A DNA stretch of 64,000 nucleotides, taken from a virus. This document shows, piece after piece, positions 37,802-46,410 of this stretch. Below the pieces are notes generated by a model, which was not told where the DNA came from, did not search any database, and was given only the letters and a program-made list of their open reading frames with translations. The stretch lies in the IMG/VR virus record IMGVR_UViG_3300037155_000096; one strand, 5' to 3'. Position 1 is the stretch's first letter. Each line of letters begins with the position of its first letter. Both the position numbers and the translations under genes were made by a program.

Positions 37802-37822
37802 ACTTACAAGAAGCGTGCTAAG
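37802..37822 (-). promoter_or_regulatory. sigma54-like promoter variant copy 11
   Basis: cttagcacg-cttc-ttgtaagt. Confidence 0.7.
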
Positions 37823-37837
37823 ATTTTTTGTGCCGTT

Positions 37838-38375
37838 TTATTCATTTCCGCCTTCAAATATCCAGATTCTATTTCCGGATGCCTCTCCCCTACTGACAAC
37901 CCATTGCGGATCTATCGTAGTGAATCGGTGCGTTTCCAAAATTCGTTTTGTTCCATGGATCTTCTCGTGCCCAATCAGGATATATTTCTTGACGTGCTTC
38001 AATATATTTTCTTCATCGACACCGTCAACCATTGAGGTACCTTCATCCGCCTTCGTTTTGTAAAGCTGCGTAACCCATGAAGCCACAACCGTCCATGGGT
38101 GATATCTTCTAACTGCATCCATAACCTCTAAATGGTCTACCTCTTGCGGATAATTGATCGTCGGCTGTCCTATCATTTTATAATAAGCTGCAATCTCAGG
38201 CTTCCTCTGAATCATGGCATCCGTCATCGGTATATTCAGAAACCTTCCAAGGTTGCCAGCTCCCGCACCTATCTCATTCGAGCGAATCGAATCCTTCAGA
38301 AGTTCCTGAAGCTGATCGATTAGTTCAACCGTCGGCAGAACCAGATGTCCTTGTTTCTTAGACGACCCATCGAAG
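37838..38375 (-). pseudogene. 5'-truncated SAM-methyltransferase-like phage gene
   Basis: Frame of 37838..38227 stays open upstream (VLPTVELID...EIGAGAGNLGR) to the AT-rich junction with no ATG start. Confidence 0.65.
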
Positions 38376-38652
38376 GAATAAATATAATAAAAGTAGGTTC
38401 TATTTTACCGACTGTTTAAATGGGGAAAAATGAATATGAGTTGGTTTATATGATAAATTTAGAGTGAAAGGAACAGCCGATGTCACAAGAATGTTCATAT
38501 TTAATCTATAACCCTTTTTATTGTCTAAGGATTGAATTTCGAAGGAATATCAGTTAACTTTATTATAATTATTGACAGTTGTTAGTAAGAATATGAGCGA
38601 CTAAGATTCCAAGTTAATTTTATTAGAGTCATATAATTGTTAATGGATAATT

Positions 38653-39297
38653 ATGAAAAAAATATTATTTAGTGTATTTCCTTTATTCTTCCTTTTTGGC
38701 TGCTCAAGTTATGTTTCAAGGTATTTTTTTAATTATGAGCAAATCGATAATTCAATAAAACATTTAGTTCAAAAAAATGAGATTTATGCAGGGTATAATC
38801 AATATTATGAAGATGATTTAATTAAACTGCACCTTGATTGTGAGCCGATGGGTATTAGGTTTTATCTAATTAACAAAACAAATAATACACTGAATATTAT
38901 ATGGGATAGCGTAAAGGTATATTCAGAATTTCTGAAAAATAAACCAGTTTCAATCATGCACACAAATAAAACTCAGGATAATATTGTAATTCCAGATCCT
39001 TCCGCATTAGATTTTATTGAAAAAAGTACTCTTATAAAATTGAGAGAAGAAGATCGTTTATCAGTTATTAAAACGTCAATTATTTTGGCAAACCACACTT
39101 GGATGGATGAGATTCAGTTCAATCAAAATGATTATTTACTTCCATATCAGTTTAGCAATAAAGATTCACTTAATTATAAATCCAATGGTGTAATTGGTAA
39201 AAAGATTAAATTATTACTGCCTTTGAAAACAAAAGAAGAAATAATCAATTATGCTTTCGTTTTTACAGTGAAAGAATTTCAAATTTTATCAAAATGA
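38653..39297 (+). CDS. Lipoprotein of unknown function
   Basis: Lipobox LFGC; ATGA overlap with pAgo. Confidence 0.75.
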   Translation: MKKILFSVFPLFFLFGCSSYVSRYFFNYEQIDNSIKHLVQKNEIYAGYNQYYEDDLIKLHLDCEPMGIRFYLINKTNNTLNIIWDSVKVYSEFLKNKPVSIMHTNKTQDNIVIPDPSALDFIEKSTLIKLREEDRLSVIKTSIILANHTWMDEIQFNQNDYLLPYQFSNKDSLNYKSNGVIGKKIKLLLPLKTKEEIINYAFVFTVKEFQILSK

Positions 39298-41300
39298 GTG
39301 AATACAGAATCAATAAAGTCAATTTCAAAATTCTGAATCCCAAAATAAGAGTTTGGGTTTCAGGAAACCAGCTACCAGATTTTCAGAAAAGAAGAATTGA
39401 ACTTTTCAAAGAAGTGAATATTCCTGCAACTTTAAGTGAGCAGCCCTACATTTATCTATCGTTTCAATCTCATGTAGATGCTATAGAAGCAGAATTAAAT
39501 CTTGAAACAAAAAAATATTTTCTGAAACCGTATATTGATTTTCTTCTGACGAACTATTTTGAGAATAAGAATTTAACAACACGAAAAACCTTTATACAAA
39601 GCATTCAGATTTGGAATTATATTTCGCAAGACAACAAGAAAAAAACTTATGACCGCTTTTCAATAAGGCAATTGGGAACATTGCACTTGCACAAGTTGGA
39701 GTTACTCATTTCATACGATGGTAAATCACTTGTTTCAAGACTACCTTTGTCTGAAAGAGAGTTTAGATCACCTATCTCAAAATACTTTCAGGGTAATAAA
39801 ATTTATGAGACTAAAAGAACCCCAATTTCAGATACAAGTGAGGCCTTTCCTATTTTAAGTATTCCAATGCGAAAGGAAATGGATATTCCATTTGAAGGAT
39901 TCGCAACTAAGAATACATACCTTGAATATTATAAAAAAATTTCTGCCTTTTACGATATTCACTTGAAAGGGAAAACGATTGCGGACAACATCACTTTCTA
40001 TTCAGAAGCATTTGAGGAGGTTGATGAAATAAAAATAATGAGAGTAAAAAAGGTTTCTAACTACTTAAAATTTAATGGTAACAACGACTACAATATTTAT
40101 AGTGGACTGAAAAATTATGGACCTTATAAGGTACCGCAGACTGACAATCTGCGTTTCATTTTTATATACAAGGCAAATGAAATCCATCGTAAAGCAGCTA
40201 ATCAACTTTACATTGCCTTGAAGAATGGAATAAGCAATTTCCCAGGACTAAAAGATTATGTGAAAGTAAATTTTGAATTGGCACAGGAGAATAAAATTAT
40301 TCTGGAAACAAACGATCCTGCATCCGAATTAGCAGATAAACTTGAACACTATAACAAACATGAAGGATTAAAGTATTTTGCAATCTATCTTACAGACCAC
40401 AAACGATTCGAAGATTTGGAAAATAACGAAGAAGAATATTATAAAGTGAAATATTCATTGCTTCAAAAAGAAATTCTATCTCAATTTATTTATTACAAAA
40501 ATATTGACAGTTCTAGTTTTATATTTCACTTGCCCAACATTGCTGTTGCAATACTCGCTAAGTTGGGAGGTATCCCTTGGAAGTTAGATACAGTTTCTTC
40601 TGCAAAAATGATAGTTGGGTTTGGCGTGAAACGATTAGATGACAATACTTACTTAGGCAACACACTATGTTTTAAAGATGATGGAGAATTTTACAAATTT
40701 GAAACTTATCAGAGAGCAAACATTCAAACAATCGGAGAAGCACTTCGTGATAGTATCAATAATGTGATAAATCAGGAACACTTCACACCTGACAAACTGA
40801 TAATTCATTACTACAAAACTTTGAGTGATGAAGAGGCAGAGGAAATTGAAAATGTTTTGAAGGAAGTCAATTTGAACATTCCTTTTATCGTACTGACTAT
40901 AAACGACACCAAGAGCAAGGACTATTTGTTTTTTGATGTTGCTTCAAAAGATATAATGCCAGTAAGCGGAACAATAATTGAAATAAAAAATAAGACAGAA
41001 TATCTTTTGGCAAACAACGAGAGGCACAGTGAAACACAAATTTATTCAATCAGAAAATTTCCGTTCCCTCTGAAAATAAAAGTGAACAAACCAACCAACA
41101 CACTTTACGATGTGTTTGACATTAAGGAACTGATTGACCAAGTTTATAGTTTTTCAAGAATCTACTGGAAAAGTATTAACCAAGTTAGCTTACCTGTTAC
41201 GATTGCATACTCAAAAATTGTGGCTGACTTGGCAGCACATTTCCCTGAACACCGTTTGCCTGAAAAAGATATTGCTCACTCTAATCTTTGGTTTCTATGA
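39294..41300 (+). CDS. ago: Long prokaryotic Argonaute, catalytically inactive (long-B-like)
   Basis: MID YYKVK...SQ...AKLGGIPW; PIWI IVGFG, IIHYYK, SRIYWKS...LPVTI; tetrad Asp residues absent. Confidence 0.9.
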   Translation: MSEYRINKVNFKILNPKIRVWVSGNQLPDFQKRRIELFKEVNIPATLSEQPYIYLSFQSHVDAIEAELNLETKKYFLKPYIDFLLTNYFENKNLTTRKTFIQSIQIWNYISQDNKKKTYDRFSIRQLGTLHLHKLELLISYDGKSLVSRLPLSEREFRSPISKYFQGNKIYETKRTPISDTSEAFPILSIPMRKEMDIPFEGFATKNTYLEYYKKISAFYDIHLKGKTIADNITFYSEAFEEVDEIKIMRVKKVSNYLKFNGNNDYNIYSGLKNYGPYKVPQTDNLRFIFIYKANEIHRKAANQLYIALKNGISNFPGLKDYVKVNFELAQENKIILETNDPASELADKLEHYNKHEGLKYFAIYLTDHKRFEDLENNEEEYYKVKYSLLQKEILSQFIYYKNIDSSSFIFHLPNIAVAILAKLGGIPWKLDTVSSAKMIVGFGVKRLDDNTYLGNTLCFKDDGEFYKFETYQRANIQTIGEALRDSINNVINQEHFTPDKLIIHYYKTLSDEEAEEIENVLKEVNLNIPFIVLTINDTKSKDYLFFDVASKDIMPVSGTIIEIKNKTEYLLANNERHSETQIYSIRKFPFPLKIKVNKPTNTLYDVFDIKELIDQVYSFSRIYWKSINQVSLPVTIAYSKIVADLAAHFPEHRLPEKDIAHSNLWFL

Positions 41301-42499
41301 ATCTGGTTAAGCTATTTGAAAATACGGTATTCCTATTGGGTGCTGGTGCATCACAAGATGCAGGTTGCCTGATGTCAAGTAGTATGCTTAATGAATTGAA
41401 CAAAGCGATAAACGATATTGCTTCTGATGATGTAGTATATGGGAGTTACAAGGAAGGATTCAAAGAACTTTACAGAGTGATAAAACCTTCCCTAGAATAT
41501 CAGGCAGAACTTAAAAGAATTATTGCGGATAAAAAAGATTTGTATTCACCGAACATTGAAGATTATATTCTAATACTCCGCAAAATACTGAATAAGGATT
41601 TGATAATTCCAGAACCACTTGTTGGAAGTTGGAGTGATAAACTTTTATTATTAGAAATAAAATATACAAATCTATGCAAGCAGTATTTGAATTTTATTTA
41701 TCACTGCGTCATAAAATGGCTAACACCGCCAAACTATAAAGCTGCAACTGATTTGTTGCTTCCTGTAAGAACTTTGCTTGAGCAAACAACTAATGAAGAA
41801 TATTATATCAATTTCTTCACACTGAATTATGATTTAATTTTTGAAAAGGTTTTTAATTCGGCAGAAGCAAAACCATTGAACAATGGTTTCTCAAACAATG
41901 TTTGGGACACTATAAGTTTTGATGTTGAACAAACAAAAATTAACTTGTATAAAATTCACGGTTCTTTGGACTGGTATTCAGAGGAGGATACTACTCATTC
42001 ACTTCCTGACTACGAAATTGCTTTCAATGCACTTCAACCAGATGAGAGAAAACCGCATTTGATTTTAGGATATGAAACAAAATTATTTTCAGTTGACCCA
42101 TTTTTCACCTTGCTACAAAAGTTCATTACAAAATTAAAAGAAGCAAATCTTGTTGTAGTCATCGGATATAGCTTCTTTGATGCTTACTTAAATAACTTGT
42201 TAATAAAGTTTCTGAACAGCAGTGAAAATAAAAAACTTTTTATTGTGGATCCCCACTTTTCTAATCAGGAAAATCCAGCAGAATCATTTACAGAATATTT
42301 GAAACTGATTCAGACAGACACTTCTTCATTGAACATTGACAACTACACAACATTACCATCCTCAAAAGTTTCATTTTTTGCTTCTGAGAATTCTAAAATG
42401 TCTGGAGCAAAGGAATTTTATACAGAGTTTTTTGAGAACAAATGTGAGAAGTTGAAAGCCATTTATGCTGAGTTAGCAAAACAAGATGAACCGTTCTAA
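41297..42499 (+). CDS. SIR2-like NADase effector
   Basis: LLGAGAS, TLNYD, KIHGSLDW, VIGYSF.D; ATG 41297 overlaps pAgo stop. Confidence 0.9.
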   Translation: MNLVKLFENTVFLLGAGASQDAGCLMSSSMLNELNKAINDIASDDVVYGSYKEGFKELYRVIKPSLEYQAELKRIIADKKDLYSPNIEDYILILRKILNKDLIIPEPLVGSWSDKLLLLEIKYTNLCKQYLNFIYHCVIKWLTPPNYKAATDLLLPVRTLLEQTTNEEYYINFFTLNYDLIFEKVFNSAEAKPLNNGFSNNVWDTISFDVEQTKINLYKIHGSLDWYSEEDTTHSLPDYEIAFNALQPDERKPHLILGYETKLFSVDPFFTLLQKFITKLKEANLVVVIGYSFFDAYLNNLLIKFLNSSENKKLFIVDPHFSNQENPAESFTEYLKLIQTDTSSLNIDNYTTLPSSKVSFFASENSKMSGAKEFYTEFFENKCEKLKAIYAELAKQDEPF

Positions 42500-42506
42500 T
42501 GCCAAC

Positions 42507-42641
42507 ACACAACAAAATACACTCTTCCAATTCGCACAAGCCAGTCTTAGGGCATTTGGCGGATATGTTTTATACTCAGTATATTGACAGACTCTGGATT
42601 GTCGCAAATCGTAAACATATAAGACTCCTTGATTGTTAATT
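42507..42641 (+). repeat. attC-like imperfect inverted repeat (tentative)
   Basis: ACACAAC...GTTAATT ends; arms ttcgcacaagccag / ctggattgtcgcaa. Confidence 0.3.
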
Positions 42642-42677
42642 AACAAGGTTCTTATGCCGAATACTACAATTAGAATA

Positions 42678-44120
42678 TTAGTTTATTTGATTTTCTTGAA
42701 GAAAAAACGAAAAATTATATGGCGGTTGATTTTGAGAATAAAGTTTCAGTAACTCCAGTTTCTCAGAATGGGAAATCTCGGTTAAGCGATAAAGTTCATT
42801 AAAGGTCAGTGTAATGTGGTTAGATAATTCAATGTTTCGAGGATATACTTTGCACACTCGCATTAAAATATCAAACCGTGAAGAAAAATACCAATTAGCA
42901 CAAATTGCTTGTAATGTTTCTTCGAATACCAATAGTACAGGATGGATCTTATATTTTATATCGGGATTTAATGAAGCAACTGAATAAAAGGTTTTGGGTT
43001 CATTGTTAATCCTGTCTATCTTTTTTACTTGTTGCATAACGCCTTCTTTCAAAACGAACCTATCATTCAACTTCTGATAAAATTGTACAATATCATCTTC
43101 ATATAATGTTGCGAGGTTAAGGCATGTAGACTTTATCTCAAATAAATAGATATCAGTACCTTGGACTAAACCCATATCCCCATACTCATAGGATTTTGTA
43201 GCTATTTTAATCTCCTTTATTGAGTCAGAGATAAAAATACTTCTTATTAAGTCTTTTATCACAGGCTCAACAATATCAATTCCAAATTTTGGTTTGAACT
43301 CAATTGGAAAGGATTGGAATAATTCTGAATAAACTAATCGGAATGTCATGTCAAATAGGTTATTAAAATCTGTTGGAATTAAATCATTATTTATTTTTAT
43401 CAAAGGATATTTTTTCATGAAAAATAAATCTTGTGGAGGGTTAATCTTCTGCTTTCTTAGTGTCCATTCCTTATGTAGATCATCCTCTTTTATTGCAGCG
43501 AATCTTTCTAATAGATTAAAAATAGTTTTACTCGAATGTTTTTTTAATTCGTCACAAAGATCATCTAGCTTAATTCCATATTTATCGAAAATAATCGAAT
43601 TATAGGAAGAATCTTCAAGAGCTTTTATTTTCTCATTGAATTTATTGAAGAGATCAAAAGTCCCTCTTAAATCTGAATTCACCTGGGTAAATTGTATTGA
43701 TTTAATACTACTATATAATAATTTTTTCCCTGTGGATTGATTTTTTTGTGTGAGTTCTAAATCCGCTAATACTTGATTTATAAAAATAAACAATAAAAAT
43801 GTAAGGTAAGGATTGAATTCTTTAGCTGCCGAAAAAGAATCAGGTGGAATTGAACTTAAATATTGAAAGCATGCATTCATTGCTTGCTTATGGAATACGA
43901 TTATATTTCTATTTATTGGGATATTTAGAATCTCATATTGGATTTCCAAAATATCTTCAAGATCTCCTGCTACTGCAAACTTATTAGCTAAATGACCAAG
44001 AAAACGAACCCATTGTTCCCTGCTATTGCTCATTAAGATATTATTAATATTGTCATGACAGCACTGAACACTAACATTTTTCCCAAATTCATCATGATAG
44101 GTGTAATATTTTTTTATCAT
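42678..44120 (-). CDS. Hypothetical protein with C-terminal PD-(D/E)xK-like motif
   Basis: EYGDMGLV...LFEIKS. Confidence 0.6.
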   Translation of the reverse strand: MIKKYYTYHDEFGKNVSVQCCHDNINNILMSNSREQWVRFLGHLANKFAVAGDLEDILEIQYEILNIPINRNIIVFHKQAMNACFQYLSSIPPDSFSAAKEFNPYLTFLLFIFINQVLADLELTQKNQSTGKKLLYSSIKSIQFTQVNSDLRGTFDLFNKFNEKIKALEDSSYNSIIFDKYGIKLDDLCDELKKHSSKTIFNLLERFAAIKEDDLHKEWTLRKQKINPPQDLFFMKKYPLIKINNDLIPTDFNNLFDMTFRLVYSELFQSFPIEFKPKFGIDIVEPVIKDLIRSIFISDSIKEIKIATKSYEYGDMGLVQGTDIYLFEIKSTCLNLATLYEDDIVQFYQKLNDRFVLKEGVMQQVKKIDRINNEPKTFYSVASLNPDIKYKIHPVLLVFEETLQAICANWYFSSRFDILMRVCKVYPRNIELSNHITLTFNELYRLTEISHSEKLELLKLYSQNQPPYNFSFFLQENQIN

Positions 44121-44254
44121 ATGATTTACTCTGTTTTGAACAGTTCTATCCTTAACTATGATAGTAAAAATATAACATTATTTTGAATTCGAAGAATTTG
44201 CTTTGAAAAAATTATCTGCACAACAAAACTGCCCCTGCTTTCGAACGACTAGTT

Positions 44255-44338
44255 CTGGGGCACGCGGATATTAAGACAACAGAAATTTATACTCACCTTC
44301 AGGAGAATAATTTAAGTGATTCCGTAAATTTACTATAA
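44255..44338 (+). pseudogene. Tyrosine recombinase C-terminal relic
   Basis: LGHADIKTTEIYTHL...stop, no upstream body. Confidence 0.75.
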
Positions 44339-44340
44339 GT

Positions 44341-44736
44341 TTAATAATCCCAAAAAACAGTTACTGCAAGATTCGGGTATTTATCAAATGTAAACTGCTT
44401 TGGTATATAGATATCAACAATTGCTTTGTTTTTGTTCCAATCAACAGTATCATACCTATATGTATGGGAATGATCCGAAGTGAATTTCATATTTTCTTTA
44501 ATAGGTTGTAATGCTCTTGCTGGGTTAATCCCGAGCTCTATATTTGTCCAATACTGTATAGTATCATGTTTACCTTTCGCTATTCTAACAGTAATAAATT
44601 TAGGTGTTGGTGTGGGTACTCTCCATTTAAGTATGTAGACATAATCAGTTCTTTTTCCAACAGTAATAGTCCACTTATAAGTATTATCAGTATCACTATC
44701 ATATTTTAACTGGTAGGACAATTCATTTGGCATCAT
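44341..44736 (-). CDS. Hypothetical beta-rich protein
   Basis: 131 aa ORF with aaaggata RBS. Confidence 0.55.
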   Translation of the reverse strand: MMPNELSYQLKYDSDTDNTYKWTITVGKRTDYVYILKWRVPTPTPKFITVRIAKGKHDTIQYWTNIELGINPARALQPIKENMKFTSDHSHTYRYDTVDWNKNKAIVDIYIPKQFTFDKYPNLAVTVFWDY

Positions 44737-45136
44737 TTATCCTTTTATTAAAATTTATATGGAGTTAATAATGGAAACGTTTTTTAATCTTTTGAAATAA
44801 ACTCTAATGTTGATTTTAAAATACATAATACGTTCTCAATTATCCACCCAACTTTATAAGCAACAACAAGTTATAAATCTTCCTTATCAATAATAATAGT
44901 GGATTAAAACGTCCTCTTTTTGTAATTTACTTCCAATTTAAAGCCTATATTCGGAAACAGAGCGCTAATTTTGATACCTATACCATGAATATCTTCAAGA
45001 TACATGAAGACATCATCTCTGATTACTCCAGCTATATTTCAAGTTTCCTTGATATTTCCGATGAAAAAATAAATGCAAGGGCTAAATATTTTTTTAAGGG
45101 TAGTTCGAATTGCAGTTATAATAATAAATATATTCT

Positions 45137-45865
45137 GTGAAGAAATTTAAAACTATACATACAAGTAGAACAATGATGTTCGCTGAACTGTCAAAGGTGA
45201 TGGACTATTCTATCGACAGTGATAATTTTTTTGAATCCCTAGGTCATAATGTTACCGGTAAGAAATCCAATTCAGGTGTTGAAAAAACTGCTAATTATTT
45301 AAAAAGATTGTATGGCTTTGACATCAACAATCAATCATTTATTGCATTCAAATATTTTTGGAAAATAACAGAGACATCAGATAAACCGTTACTTGCATTT
45401 ATTTATGCTATTAACTTTGATGATCTTCTTGCAGAAAGTTTAAATGTAATTCATAAAACTAAAGCTGATGAAAAAGCAACAATAGAATCTTTTGAAGAAA
45501 ATATTGAAAAGTACCACCCCAACCAATATTCGGAAAAAACTAGACGATCAATGGCTCAAAATATTGCAAGTTCTTGGAAACAAGCTGGTTTTATTGAAGG
45601 TAAAGTAAAAAATATCAGGACTCAACCAGAGATAAAGTATTTGGTAGCTTGTTTTGCATTTTTATTGGCTTATTTAAAGGGCGACAGGGGCGAGTTCATT
45701 TGGAATAGTATCGGAGTAAAGGCTGTTTGCTTTAATGAAAACCGGGCTAGAGAATTGGCAATTGAATGTGCAAAAAGAGATTTAATGCAATATCAGTTTG
45801 CCGGTAGCGTAACAGTCATCTCATTTAATAACTTAATAAATAAAATCGGAATAGATGCCATCTAA
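45137..45865 (+). CDS. brxA: BREX BrxA-like protein
   Basis: First gene of BREX operon; RSMAQNIASSWKQAGF. Confidence 0.6.
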   Translation: MKKFKTIHTSRTMMFAELSKVMDYSIDSDNFFESLGHNVTGKKSNSGVEKTANYLKRLYGFDINNQSFIAFKYFWKITETSDKPLLAFIYAINFDDLLAESLNVIHKTKADEKATIESFEENIEKYHPNQYSEKTRRSMAQNIASSWKQAGFIEGKVKNIRTQPEIKYLVACFAFLLAYLKGDRGEFIWNSIGVKAVCFNENRARELAIECAKRDLMQYQFAGSVTVISFNNLINKIGIDAI

Positions 45866-46400
45866 AATAGATCAACTTTTAGAAGCCTTTGAAAAGGTAG
45901 TAAAAGAACCCTGGTCATCTGCTTTGTCAGGCCAGGAACGGATTTGGTTTTTGGTATATGACCCAGCAGAGCAACGCAAAGTTGATTTGCGAATGGGTGA
46001 TTTTGAAACCGCTACCTTGAAATCAGGGAAAAAATGGAATAGCATATCACTGAAACTTTGCTTCCCTAGCTGGATGGCTAATCATGAATATAAAGAGGAT
46101 TATTTCAGCAACCCTGAGTATATAGTGGACCAGTTGGAAGCTGAGTTTATTCCTTATGCAATTCAGTATTTAAAGAATGAGTTAAATAAAATTGAACAAG
46201 ATCAAGATACACTTATTGCCATTAAAGATGTATCTGCCCTATTTGGTTTTGTACGACTTTCTGAAATACTCAAGAGTTGCGACAAAGAATTTAAAGGACG
46301 TATGCTCATCTTTTTTCCGGGTGAATTTGAACACAACCATTACCGTCTGCTGGATGCCAGAGATGGATGGGATTATTTAGCAAGACCTATAACACTATAA
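45855..46400 (+). CDS. brxB: BREX BrxB (DUF1788-like)
   Basis: FLVYDPAEQ...LFGFVRLS...LIFFPG...YRLLD...YLA. Confidence 0.8.
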   Translation: MPSKIDQLLEAFEKVVKEPWSSALSGQERIWFLVYDPAEQRKVDLRMGDFETATLKSGKKWNSISLKLCFPSWMANHEYKEDYFSNPEYIVDQLEAEFIPYAIQYLKNELNKIEQDQDTLIAIKDVSALFGFVRLSEILKSCDKEFKGRMLIFFPGEFEHNHYRLLDARDGWDYLARPITL

Positions 46401-46410
46401 AAGAAGTAAA

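Larger units (their letters stand above)
1..38375 (-). mobile_element. Phage-like/plasmid backbone with iteron replicon
   Basis: Co-oriented short genes, phage-type families, Rep_3+parAB+iterons, one recurrent promoter motif; no structural genes seen. Confidence 0.75.

Noticed and set aside
26-37822. TTAGCAC motif as CIRCE (HrcA) operator
   Set aside because: CIRCE needs TTAGCACTC-N9-GAGTGCTAA; no inverted half is present, and a fixed N4-TTG follows instead
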